DNA from: an uncultured Candidatus Thioglobus sp.
GTDB taxonomy: Bacteria; Pseudomonadota; Gammaproteobacteria; PS1; Pseudothioglobaceae
DNA length: 64,000 nucleotides
Assembly (NCBI GenBank): GCA_964577715.1
Contig: CAZOAA010000001.1
Span: 13,396-77,395, forward strand
Reading direction: 5' to 3'
Shown here: piece by piece, positions 35,696-44,699 of the stretch
How positions within the stretch are numbered: the stretch's first letter is position 1
Layout: each line of letters begins with the position of its first letter
Made by a program: the position numbers and the translations under genes
The notes under the pieces: model-generated
Seen by the model: only the letters and a program-made list of their open reading frames with translations
What the model was told of the DNA's origin: nothing
Database searches by the model: none

Positions 35696-36893
35696 CTACA
35701 AAGACGTAATATTTATTCAATTGATTAAGGATAAGCCACTTATTGTAGTTCTTTTACTTTCACTTATTGTAAGGCTCGTAATTATGTTGGTTTATCCGGA
35801 TCAAAACTTTCCTGATGCTCGCGCCTATGGCGAGATAGGTAAAGAAATTTTTTCAGGTAATATAATTACAAATAATATCTATATGCCTTTATATCCTATT
35901 TGGAGTTATATAACGGGAAGTATGGGTTTGCAAATAATAATGGATATTGTGGTATCTGTAGCCAGCGTTTGGCTTATTTTTGTTTTGTCAATGCACATAT
36001 TTAATAACAGAACAGTAGCAATAATATCCTCTGTTATTGCTGCTTTTTATCCACATTTTATTTTCTATTCGGTAAGTGGATTGACAGAGATATTTTATAC
36101 TTTTTTATTACTTTTATCATTTTTATTTTTCTATAGAAAGAAGTTTTTGTTTGCAATTGTTCTTTTAATTGCGTCTATATTGGTCAGACCTACCTTAGAT
36201 TTTTTCAATCCAATTTTGGTATTTTTATTTATTGGCTTTGTTCATAAATTAGGATGGGAAAATGTTGCTAAATACATTGGTTTGTATATGATCTTATACA
36301 TTGTTATGTTGTCGCCATGGTGGGTTCATCAGTATCAGAAATATGGTGAATTTGTGCGATTAAATCTTGGAGATGGTATTGTACTTTACTCTGGAAATAA
36401 TAGTCTTAATAAGACTGGGGGAGGTATTGTTGGTCAAGATGTTGATATGAGTATTTTTAATAACGAAAAAAATCCTATATTAAAAAACAATAAAATGAAA
36501 GAACTGGCAACTGATTTTATTATAAATAACCCTCACCGTTTTGTTGAATTGGCAGGATTAAAGTTTTTACGTTTTTGGAGGCTTTGGCCACACACTGAGC
36601 ATTATCAACAATGGTATGTAATAGCAGCATCTCTTTTTAGTTACGGGGTTGTGTTGTTTTTCTCTATAGGTTTTTTTATTCGGCATACGAAAATTCATTT
36701 AAGAAAAGTATTGCCAATTTATGCATTAATGGGATATTTGACATTGGTTCATATGGTTACCATTGGGTCTATTAGGTATCGATTTCCCTTGGAACCTTTT
36801 TTGATTATTTTTGCAAGTTATTTTTTTGTCGATTTTGTAAAAAAATATCGGTGGTTCGACAAAGTTAAACGAAGCATAGAGGCAATCAATTAA
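35685..36893 (+). CDS. GT-C-fold membrane glycosyltransferase (ArnT/PMT-like, GT39/GT83-type)
   Basis: 402 aa polytopic protein. First-loop YPDQNFPDARAYGEIG acidic motif typical of ArnT/PMT-like enzymes. Confidence 0.55.
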   Translation: MINSYKDVIFIQLIKDKPLIVVLLLSLIVRLVIMLVYPDQNFPDARAYGEIGKEIFSGNIITNNIYMPLYPIWSYITGSMGLQIIMDIVVSVASVWLIFVLSMHIFNNRTVAIISSVIAAFYPHFIFYSVSGLTEIFYTFLLLLSFLFFYRKKFLFAIVLLIASILVRPTLDFFNPILVFLFIGFVHKLGWENVAKYIGLYMILYIVMLSPWWVHQYQKYGEFVRLNLGDGIVLYSGNNSLNKTGGGIVGQDVDMSIFNNEKNPILKNNKMKELATDFIINNPHRFVELAGLKFLRFWRLWPHTEHYQQWYVIAASLFSYGVVLFFSIGFFIRHTKIHLRKVLPIYALMGYLTLVHMVTIGSIRYRFPLEPFLIIFASYFFVDFVKKYRWFDKVKRSIEAIN

Positions 36894-36906
36894 TAAAGTT
36901 AGGCTT

Positions 36907-37899
36907 ATGAATAATTCAAAGAAAGTATTAATTACTACTGTTCCATTTGGTGAAAAAAATTCAGAGCCAATAGAGCTACTTGAATCTAATGATATTGAAT
37001 ATGTTATAAATCCTTTGAATAAAAAATTAACTGAAGAAGAGCTTTATGAGTTGGTTAGTGATTTTGATGTAATTATTGCAGGGACTGAACAAATAACAAA
37101 TAAAGTTATTAAAAAGGCGAAAAACTTAAAGTTAATTTCACGAGTAGGTATTGGATTGGATAGCGTGGATTTGTTGTCTGCAGAGAAATACGGTGTAAAA
37201 GTATCTTACACTCCAGATGCTCCAGCTCCAGCAGTTGCAGAGTTAACCATTGGAATGATGCTAATTCTTCTTCGCTCTGTGCATGTGTCGAACTCCCAGA
37301 TGCATTCTGGGAAATGGTATCGATTTTTTGGTAGAAGATTATCTAATATCACAATTGGAATTGTAGGTGCTGGAAGAATCGGGCAAGGTGTTCTTAAACA
37401 TTTACAGGGTTTTGGAGACCCTAATATACTTATTAATGATTTATCCATCAAAGACGATATTTCTGATAAATATAACGTTAAATGGACTGGGAAAGAAGAG
37501 ATTTATAAGCAAGCTGATATTATAAGTTTGCACTTGCCTTTAACAAGTGAAACAAAAAATATGATTAGAAAAGAACAACTTTTATCAATGAAGGAAGATG
37601 CTATTATTATTAATACATCACGTGGCGGAATTATAAATGAAAACGATTTATATGATGTTATGCAATCTGGATACTTAAGCGGTGCAGCAATTGATGTATT
37701 TAATCAAGAGCCTTATAATGGCCCATTGAAAGAAATAGAGCGCTGTCTGTTAACAGCACATATGGGGTCTATGTCTGTTGATTGTAGAGCCAGAATGGAA
37801 ATTGAGGCAACAGAAGAAGCTGTTAGGTTTTTAACTGGAGCAGAATTACAAAGCTCGGTACCGGAAGAAGAATATGAAGTTCAAAGAAAAGGATTGTAG
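36907..37899 (+). CDS. D-isomer-specific 2-hydroxyacid dehydrogenase (PGDH-like)
   Basis: IGIVGAGRIGQGV NAD motif, INTSRGG, TAHMGS (catalytic His region). Confidence 0.8.
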   Translation: MNNSKKVLITTVPFGEKNSEPIELLESNDIEYVINPLNKKLTEEELYELVSDFDVIIAGTEQITNKVIKKAKNLKLISRVGIGLDSVDLLSAEKYGVKVSYTPDAPAPAVAELTIGMMLILLRSVHVSNSQMHSGKWYRFFGRRLSNITIGIVGAGRIGQGVLKHLQGFGDPNILINDLSIKDDISDKYNVKWTGKEEIYKQADIISLHLPLTSETKNMIRKEQLLSMKEDAIIINTSRGGIINENDLYDVMQSGYLSGAAIDVFNQEPYNGPLKEIERCLLTAHMGSMSVDCRARMEIEATEEAVRFLTGAELQSSVPEEEYEVQRKGL

Positions 37900-37902
37900 G
37901 TA

Positions 37903-38799
37903 ATGAAAAAAGCTGTTGTTATAGGGGGAAGTGGATTTATTGGATCCCATGTTGCTGACTGTTTGAGTAATGACGGGTTTAACGTTGTTGTTTTTGATAA
38001 TAACGAATCGCCATGGATCAGAGAAGATCAAAGTATGATTGTTGGCGATATTCTGGATACTGATTTGCTTAATAAAACTATCAAGGATTCTGACATTGTA
38101 TACAATTTTGCCGCATTGGCTGATTTAGATCAAGCCGTTGACAAGCCTTTAGATACGGCGAAAATTAACATTATTGGCAATATCAATGTATTGGAGGCAT
38201 GCAGGATAAATAAAGTTAGTCGATTTGTATATGCCAGTACTATGTATGTATACAGTAGAGAAGGTGGTTTCTATAGATGTAGCAAACAATCATCCGAGCA
38301 TTATGTTGAAGAGTACCAAAAATCTTATGGGCTGGATTACACGATATTGAGATATGGATCGCTCTATGGTCCAAGAGCTGATAATAGCAATGGAATATAT
38401 AGAATAGTTAATAACGCCCTAACAACAGGAAAAATCCGATACAAGGGCGATATTGAATCAATGAGAGAATATATTCATGTTGAAGATGCGGCAAGAGCTA
38501 GTATAGCAATACTTGATGATAGTTATATAAATGAAAGCGTTATCCTTACCGGACAAGAGCCTATGCGTGTTTATCAAATGTTACAGGTATTAAGGGAAAT
38601 ACTAGGCTATGAAAAAGACTCTATTGAATTTTTAGAGGAAAGTTATGAGGCGCATTATATTAGAACACCATATGCATACCAACCAAAGTTAGGAAAAAAA
38701 TTTATCCCTCCGGTTCATGTGGATCTTGGCCAGGGATTGTTACAAGTTGTATCTGATATTGACAATAATATAAAAGCTGAAAAAAATGAACAAGAATGA
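37903..38799 (+). CDS. NAD-dependent sugar epimerase/dehydratase (extended SDR)
   Basis: VIGGSGFIGSHV and YRCSK (YxxxK). Confidence 0.8.
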   Translation: MKKAVVIGGSGFIGSHVADCLSNDGFNVVVFDNNESPWIREDQSMIVGDILDTDLLNKTIKDSDIVYNFAALADLDQAVDKPLDTAKINIIGNINVLEACRINKVSRFVYASTMYVYSREGGFYRCSKQSSEHYVEEYQKSYGLDYTILRYGSLYGPRADNSNGIYRIVNNALTTGKIRYKGDIESMREYIHVEDAARASIAILDDSYINESVILTGQEPMRVYQMLQVLREILGYEKDSIEFLEESYEAHYIRTPYAYQPKLGKKFIPPVHVDLGQGLLQVVSDIDNNIKAEKNEQE

Positions 38800-39442
38800 A
38801 CTGTTAAATTTAATGGTTAATATTCCATGTGTTTTTTGGGATTTTGATGGTGTAATTAAAGACTCAATTGAGGCAAAAACTAACGCATTTAGGTTTATAT
38901 TTTCAAACTCTAAAGAGGGTGTTATAAAAAAAATAATATCTCATCATCAAGAAAATGGTGGCATGTCAAGGTATGAGAAAATTCCACTTTATCTTCAATG
39001 GTCTGGATTAAGTTATGATACAAACAACGTGGAAAATTATTGTAATAAGTTTTCTGCATTTGCAAAAAAAATGGTTATTGACTCACCTTGGGTTGATGGT
39101 GCACGAGATTTTATAGAAAAAAGACATAACCAAGGCTTGTTGAATATAATTGTAACAGCCACACCTCAAAATGAAATAGAAGATATTATTGATACACTTC
39201 AAATAAAAAAAATGTTTACAGGGGTTTATGGTTCTCCATTGAATAAGACTAACTCATTAAAATTTGCTCTAGCAGAGAAAAAAATTGATTACGATAAATC
39301 AATAATGGTTGGCGATGCGAAAACTGATTATGGTGCAGCAAGAGATAACAAGGTTAAATTTATTTTAAGAGAGACTGAATTTAATAGAAATTTGCAAGAA
39401 TTATGCAAAGGAAGAATTATTAATAATTTTATCTATGAATAG
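38786..39442 (+). CDS. HAD-superfamily phosphatase
   Basis: VFWDFDGVIKDS (DxDG motif I), VTATP, VGDAKTD (motif IV). Confidence 0.72.
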   Translation: MNKNELLNLMVNIPCVFWDFDGVIKDSIEAKTNAFRFIFSNSKEGVIKKIISHHQENGGMSRYEKIPLYLQWSGLSYDTNNVENYCNKFSAFAKKMVIDSPWVDGARDFIEKRHNQGLLNIIVTATPQNEIEDIIDTLQIKKMFTGVYGSPLNKTNSLKFALAEKKIDYDKSIMVGDAKTDYGAARDNKVKFILRETEFNRNLQELCKGRIINNFIYE

Positions 39443-40199
39443 AATAGAAAAAATAAGATCTATAAGAAATACCCTTAAAAATGGGAAAGTATCTATAGGT
39501 AGTTGGATGCAAATCCCTAACGGATCTGTTGCAGAAATTTTGGGAAAATCTGGATATGATTGGGTTGCGGTTGATATGGAGCACGGTTCAATTTCAACGC
39601 ATCAGCTGCCTGATATATTTAGATCTCTGGAGTTGGGTGGGACATTGCCTTTGGTAAGGTTGTCAAACGGATCTGAACAGGAATGTAAAAAAGTTTTAGA
39701 TGCTGGGGCTGGAGGGGTTGTAGTCCCTATGGTAGAAAACGCTGAACAATTAATAGATGTTAGAGACGCATGTCGGTGGCCACCAGCTGGAAAAAGAGGG
39801 GTGGCATTTTCAAGAGCTAATTTATTTGGGAAGAATTTTGACCAATATATTGAAGAGGCGCAATCGCCAATTTTAGTAGCGATGATTGAAAGCATCAACG
39901 CAGTTAATAATTTAGATGAAATTTTACAAGTAGATGGTCTAGATGCTATATTAATTGGACCGTATGACCTATCTGCCTCTATGGGCACAACTGCAGAATT
40001 CAATGGTATTGAATTCCAAAAAACAATTGAAAAAATTAAAGAAAAAGCAGATAGAAAAAAAATTGCATGTGGTATTCATGTTGTAGAGCCTTCTGTTTCT
40101 GATTTAAATGAAAAAATTGACAATGGTTATAGATTGATAGCATATTCTATTGATGCTGTATTTCTTCACCACATTTCGCAGAATCCACTAAAAAATTGA
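39435..40199 (+). CDS. HpcH/HpaI-family class II pyruvate aldolase
   Basis: GSWMQIPN ... DWVAVDMEHG ... MIES ... IGPYDLS motifs characteristic of 2-keto-3-deoxy-acid aldolases. Confidence 0.78.
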   Translation: MNRIEKIRSIRNTLKNGKVSIGSWMQIPNGSVAEILGKSGYDWVAVDMEHGSISTHQLPDIFRSLELGGTLPLVRLSNGSEQECKKVLDAGAGGVVVPMVENAEQLIDVRDACRWPPAGKRGVAFSRANLFGKNFDQYIEEAQSPILVAMIESINAVNNLDEILQVDGLDAILIGPYDLSASMGTTAEFNGIEFQKTIEKIKEKADRKKIACGIHVVEPSVSDLNEKIDNGYRLIAYSIDAVFLHHISQNPLKN

Positions 40200-40208
40200 T
40201 TTATTAAA

Positions 40209-40961
40209 ATGAATATATTGGCATTAATTCCGGCCCGTATGGGCAGTAGTAGATTTCCAGGTAAACCAATGGCAGAGATTTTAGGCAAGCCTATGATTGG
40301 GCATGTTTATGATCGTGTGTCGGATTGCGAATTATTAACAAAAACTGTGGTTGCGACTTGTGATACCGAAATAGCAGACTATATTCTCTCTATCAATGGA
40401 GAAGCTGTTATGACCAGCAATAAGCATGAGCGTGCATCAGATCGTTGCGCTGAAGCATTAGAGATTGTAGAAAAGAGCGATGGTGTTATGTATGATATTG
40501 TTGTTATGGTTCAGGGTGATGAACCAATGACACATCCTGATATGATATCTGAAGCTGTAACACCAATGATAAGTGATCCAGATATATTGGTTACAAATCT
40601 GCTTGGAGATATTGAAAACATTCAAGAGTTTGAAGACAGAAACTGCATTAAAGTGGTCTGTGACTTAAATAGCAACGCATTGTTCTTTTCTAGAGAGCCT
40701 ATACCAACCAGGAAATTTGGAGACGTGCAAATGAAAAAGCAGGTTTGCATTATTCCTTTCAGAAGAGATTTTTTATTGAAATATACTAGTCTTGACCCAA
40801 CTCCACTAGAAATTGTAGAATCAGTTGATATGATGCGCATTTTAGAGCACGGTTTAAAAGTAAAGATGGTGCCTACTAAACACCAAACTCATGCTGTTGA
40901 TACAAAGGATGATTTGATTAAGGTCAGCAAAATTATGAATATAGGCTTTAGTGCAGAGTAA
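40209..40961 (+). CDS. KdsB-like 3-deoxy-ulosonate cytidylyltransferase
   Basis: ALIPARMGSSRFPGKPMAEILGKPMIGHV N-terminus, VQGDEP motif, 250 aa. Confidence 0.8.
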   Translation: MNILALIPARMGSSRFPGKPMAEILGKPMIGHVYDRVSDCELLTKTVVATCDTEIADYILSINGEAVMTSNKHERASDRCAEALEIVEKSDGVMYDIVVMVQGDEPMTHPDMISEAVTPMISDPDILVTNLLGDIENIQEFEDRNCIKVVCDLNSNALFFSREPIPTRKFGDVQMKKQVCIIPFRRDFLLKYTSLDPTPLEIVESVDMMRILEHGLKVKMVPTKHQTHAVDTKDDLIKVSKIMNIGFSAE

Positions 40962-42303
40962 AAACACTATATTTAAAAGCATCTTTCATCTTATTGGTGT
41001 TAATAGTATTAGCTACTTTGTTTTACTATTAATCTCTATTGTAATATTTAGAACAGTTGATAAAAGTCATTATGGATTATATGTAATGATGTTGTCTCTA
41101 TTTGCCATTATTGAGCTTTTAATGGCAGGTTTTAATGATTCTATCGTTCGTTTTTTAAAAGACAAAATAACGTTTAAAGACAAGCAAAATATTGTTTTAT
41201 TTGTGCTTATATATAAGTATTCACTCATATTTTTGTTTATTGCTATTACATACCTTGCTAGAAATTATGGCTTTTTCGAATATTTGATTGGAAATTACAA
41301 AGAGGTTTCTGATATTGTTGATAGCTTTTTAATAATTGCTATTTTAAACGGTATTCTTAGCGCCTTTATTGGTGTTAATAATTGTATTTTAAATGCACAT
41401 CACAAATATCACATAACTGCAAATATTGGACTGGCAAGAAATATAATTTATCTTTTTGTTGTTGTGGTGTTAAGTTTCTACACGCAAGATTATTTATATT
41501 ATCTTTATAGCAATATAGTTTTAAGTTTATTTTTATTACTATTTCTAGCGGTAATTATTTATAGGAAGTTTTATGAGTTTTCATTTTTTAGTCTTGTTAG
41601 AGCAAAATTTAGCATTGATACAGGAAAAAAATACATTTTTCCTTATTCTGCCCCCCTAACTGGATCATCATTACTTACCTATGTTAAAAATCACCTGCCA
41701 ACGCTAATTTTAGGTAAAGAATTTGCACTAGAGGACGTGGCTGTGTTCTCTATTATCAAAACATTTTTCAAAGCATTGCATTCAGTGTCAGGGTCTTTTA
41801 TAGATCCAATGATGTCAAAATTTTTGGTAATGAAGAATAATACTAAAGAATTTTCAAGAAATATGAATGGTATTTTTTATGGCGCGCTTGCTTTAAGAGT
41901 GTTTGCTTTTATTGTTTTGGCTTCATTGGCTCAATTTTTCTTCTTAATTTATAAAATAGAATTCAACATAACAAATCAGTTTGTATTCTATGTTTTAGGG
42001 GTTGAGTATGTTCTAGCAGGAATGATGTTGAGTTATGGCATTGTTTTAAGGTTAGAAAAAAATACCAAAAAAGTTCTAATTGCTAGCACAATCAGATTTG
42101 TTATAGAATTGTTGTTAATTTACCTTATATTATGGGATTACGGCATAATAGGTGCGGCGATAATATTGCTTTTGGCAAGATATGTAGAGACTGTTATTTC
42201 TTTTGGTTTTGTGAGCAAAACCGAAACATTTAAAGGAACATGGTTTGTGCTGATACTTTTTGCACTAGTTGCTGCCTTTTTGTTGATGGAGATGTATGTA
42301 TAA
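40951..42303 (+). CDS. wzx: Wzx-like oligosaccharide flippase (MOP superfamily)
   Basis: 450 aa with about 12 or more hydrophobic segments and no soluble domain. Polysaccharide-cluster context. Confidence 0.6.
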   Translation: MQSKNTIFKSIFHLIGVNSISYFVLLLISIVIFRTVDKSHYGLYVMMLSLFAIIELLMAGFNDSIVRFLKDKITFKDKQNIVLFVLIYKYSLIFLFIAITYLARNYGFFEYLIGNYKEVSDIVDSFLIIAILNGILSAFIGVNNCILNAHHKYHITANIGLARNIIYLFVVVVLSFYTQDYLYYLYSNIVLSLFLLLFLAVIIYRKFYEFSFFSLVRAKFSIDTGKKYIFPYSAPLTGSSLLTYVKNHLPTLILGKEFALEDVAVFSIIKTFFKALHSVSGSFIDPMMSKFLVMKNNTKEFSRNMNGIFYGALALRVFAFIVLASLAQFFFLIYKIEFNITNQFVFYVLGVEYVLAGMMLSYGIVLRLEKNTKKVLIASTIRFVIELLLIYLILWDYGIIGAAIILLLARYVETVISFGFVSKTETFKGTWFVLILFALVAAFLLMEMYV

Positions 42304-43081
42304 ATTCTTAAAACATATAGATAAAAATATTTTTAATGGCTTTATAAGAAAAATCTATAGTTATTTTTCTAATTTAAACCGATTTAGAGTGGAAAAAAAG
42401 TCGTTAAATGTGATTACAAATCAGTTTAGTGACAATTATTCCGTTTTATACAATAGAAGGCCAAACTTACTTGCAATTTTATGCGATAAATATGGCTCAG
42501 ATAAGGGTAATAATAATGCCGATGATAAGTCATATGATTGGGATCCTCATACATATACTGATTATTATTACAGCCTTTTTTCTCATTGCAGGAATAGTGT
42601 GTCAAGTGTTTTTGAATGTGGAATTGGAACCAATGATATAAGCTTAAGAGGTAATATGGGCATTAACGGAAATCCAGGCGCATCGTTAAGAGTGTGGAAA
42701 GATTACTTTCCTAATGCATTAATTATTGGTGCCGACATCGATAAAAATATTTTATTTTCTGAAGACAGGATTGAAACATATTATGTAGATCAAACATCTC
42801 AACAGTCAATAAAAAATATGTGGAACAAAGTAAGTGTTGATAAGTTTGATTTAATGATAGATGATGGGTTGCACACTTATGAAGGGGGGGTGAGTCTATT
42901 TGAAAATTCAATTAATTATTTGTCAGAATATGGTCTATACATAATTGAAGATGTAAAGGTTTCTGATTTATCAAGATATGAAAAATATTTCGAAGATAGA
43001 TTTTATATAGTAGAATTTGTTAATCTACATAGAAAAGGACAGATGCTTTTAGATAATTCTCTAATAGTAATTCGTAAATAA
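42296..43081 (+). CDS. Probable class I SAM-dependent methyltransferase
   Basis: VFECGIGTN, ASLRVWKDYFPNALIIGADID, DLMIDDGLH. Confidence 0.5.
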   Translation: MYKFLKHIDKNIFNGFIRKIYSYFSNLNRFRVEKKSLNVITNQFSDNYSVLYNRRPNLLAILCDKYGSDKGNNNADDKSYDWDPHTYTDYYYSLFSHCRNSVSSVFECGIGTNDISLRGNMGINGNPGASLRVWKDYFPNALIIGADIDKNILFSEDRIETYYVDQTSQQSIKNMWNKVSVDKFDLMIDDGLHTYEGGVSLFENSINYLSEYGLYIIEDVKVSDLSRYEKYFEDRFYIVEFVNLHRKGQMLLDNSLIVIRK

Positions 43082-43085
43082 TATC

Positions 43086-44699
43086 TTGGTCAAAAAGTGT
43101 TATATATGCAGTAGTTTTAATGATTGTATAAAAGAAGGAGAGCAAAAAGTATTCATTATTAATGATTTTATTAGTCAGGCTTCAGTAAAAAAAGCTAGAT
43201 ATTTGACTGATAAGATTTTTCAAAAAAATGCTAAGTTTGTCAAAGAATGTCAGATAAACGGATATCAAATAACCTGGGCATGGTATAGCGAGGTATTTCA
43301 GTTTTGCATGAAGTATCTGGAGATCGAATCACTGATAAAAGAAATTAAATTATTAAAGGTTGACAATATTGTTGTCAAAGATATTGATTCTCAATATAGT
43401 AAAGTTCTGCAAACTTATTTTTTCGATAAAAATATTGATGTTCTTCCAGAAAAAAATGGAGTGATTTTTGCCAAAATAAAGCAATTTCTGTTTAATACTG
43501 CAATGCTGTTTTTTTCAATGCTGTCTATATTGTTTTTTTTAAGTAGGCCTGGTAGAAATATAGGTACATATACGGGTGATTTTGTATATAAAGGTTCTAA
43601 GTCTGATTTTAGATTAAATCACCTTTATGATAAATATAAAGAAAACAATATTAAATATGTAGAATTCATACGAAGCACCAAAATAAGAAACTTTTTTGTC
43701 AATATTGTTAAGCGTAGGCGGTTTGCAATTTATTACACTTCGCTAATATACTTTATAAACTTATTTACCAGAATATCAACAAACCCAAAACCAAAAGATT
43801 TTTATCAATCTGTATTATTCAAATATTACTACGATAATATTGTTCTATATAGAAGTGTGGTTGTTATTGAGAAAATTTTAAAAGTTTTAAAAATTGATAA
43901 ATTTGTGATAATTTCATTTTCTTCTCGTAGTGCGCCTCTGTCTTTGGCTGCAAAGTCTTTAGGGATAAAAACTATAGGCATTATGCACGGTTTGCAGCAA
44001 AAAGAATATGCAGTGTATGAGTTTATGGAAAGCTATAACCACAGTAATAAGATAGGGTGCGATAAATATGGCGTATGGAGTCCGCACTATTTAGCGTATT
44101 TTAAGAAATATTCTAAAATATCATACACTGATGCTTTTGAATATAGTGGATTGTTAAGACCGGTTAAAAATTTCCGTAAGAAAAAATTTAAAAGGCTAAA
44201 TCCTAAAAAAGTTAAAGTGTTATTGATTACCGAGCCTTTGGTGTCAGTAGATGAGATCATTCCTTATATTGAGTCATTAAGTAAGTATAACGATATTGAG
44301 ATAGGGATAAAGATAAGACCTATGTATCAGGATATGTTTTTTGAAAATCTTAAGAAAAAACTACCGATTGTTAATTCGTATAAAGTTTATGATGGAAAAA
44401 TAGAAGACGCAGTCAAAGGCTATGATGTTTTGTTAGGTAGTAATAGTACAGCAGTTATCGAAGCCAGTTTGTATGGAAAATTGTCAATATTGTTAAATAC
44501 AGTTAAGTTTGGTGATTATTTTGAAATAGATTCTCTTTTTCCTGGGCAAAATTTACTTGTAAATAATCCTGAATCACTATACGAAAATATATTGTTTCGA
44601 ATAAACAATGAGGATGCATTAGATACAATTGGCAAAATTCAATACAATTTCTTTGGCGATAATAAAGATGGCGCTGAGTGGATTGTTAAGCAACTGTAA
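43086..44699 (+). CDS. Hypothetical protein; orphan TagF/KpsC-like transferase candidate (TTG start)
   Basis: 537 aa. C-terminal VKGYDVLLGSNSTAVIEASLYGKLSILL. Confidence 0.35.
   Translation: MVKKCYICSSFNDCIKEGEQKVFIINDFISQASVKKARYLTDKIFQKNAKFVKECQINGYQITWAWYSEVFQFCMKYLEIESLIKEIKLLKVDNIVVKDIDSQYSKVLQTYFFDKNIDVLPEKNGVIFAKIKQFLFNTAMLFFSMLSILFFLSRPGRNIGTYTGDFVYKGSKSDFRLNHLYDKYKENNIKYVEFIRSTKIRNFFVNIVKRRRFAIYYTSLIYFINLFTRISTNPKPKDFYQSVLFKYYYDNIVLYRSVVVIEKILKVLKIDKFVIISFSSRSAPLSLAAKSLGIKTIGIMHGLQQKEYAVYEFMESYNHSNKIGCDKYGVWSPHYLAYFKKYSKISYTDAFEYSGLLRPVKNFRKKKFKRLNPKKVKVLLITEPLVSVDEIIPYIESLSKYNDIEIGIKIRPMYQDMFFENLKKKLPIVNSYKVYDGKIEDAVKGYDVLLGSNSTAVIEASLYGKLSILLNTVKFGDYFEIDSLFPGQNLLVNNPESLYENILFRINNEDALDTIGKIQYNFFGDNKDGAEWIVKQL

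Noticed and set aside
39602-40003. A 133-aa minus-strand ORF. The same applies to the other minus-strand track ORFs: 1864, 2322, 3565, 4494, 5411, 7500, 11462, 13281, 14637, 15357, 16614, 17040, 17678, 18164, 18222, 19894, 21987, 22157, 24444, 24733, 25899, 29321, 30712, 31439, 34826, 37206, 37846, 40622, 42723, 44639, 49803, 49998, 51430, 53456, 53604, 53942, 56705, 57478, 58922, 59209 and 60656.
   Set aside because: Each is nested antisense within a longer + strand CDS that carries clear family motifs. None has a recognisable motif of its own, and the whole array is otherwise unidirectional.
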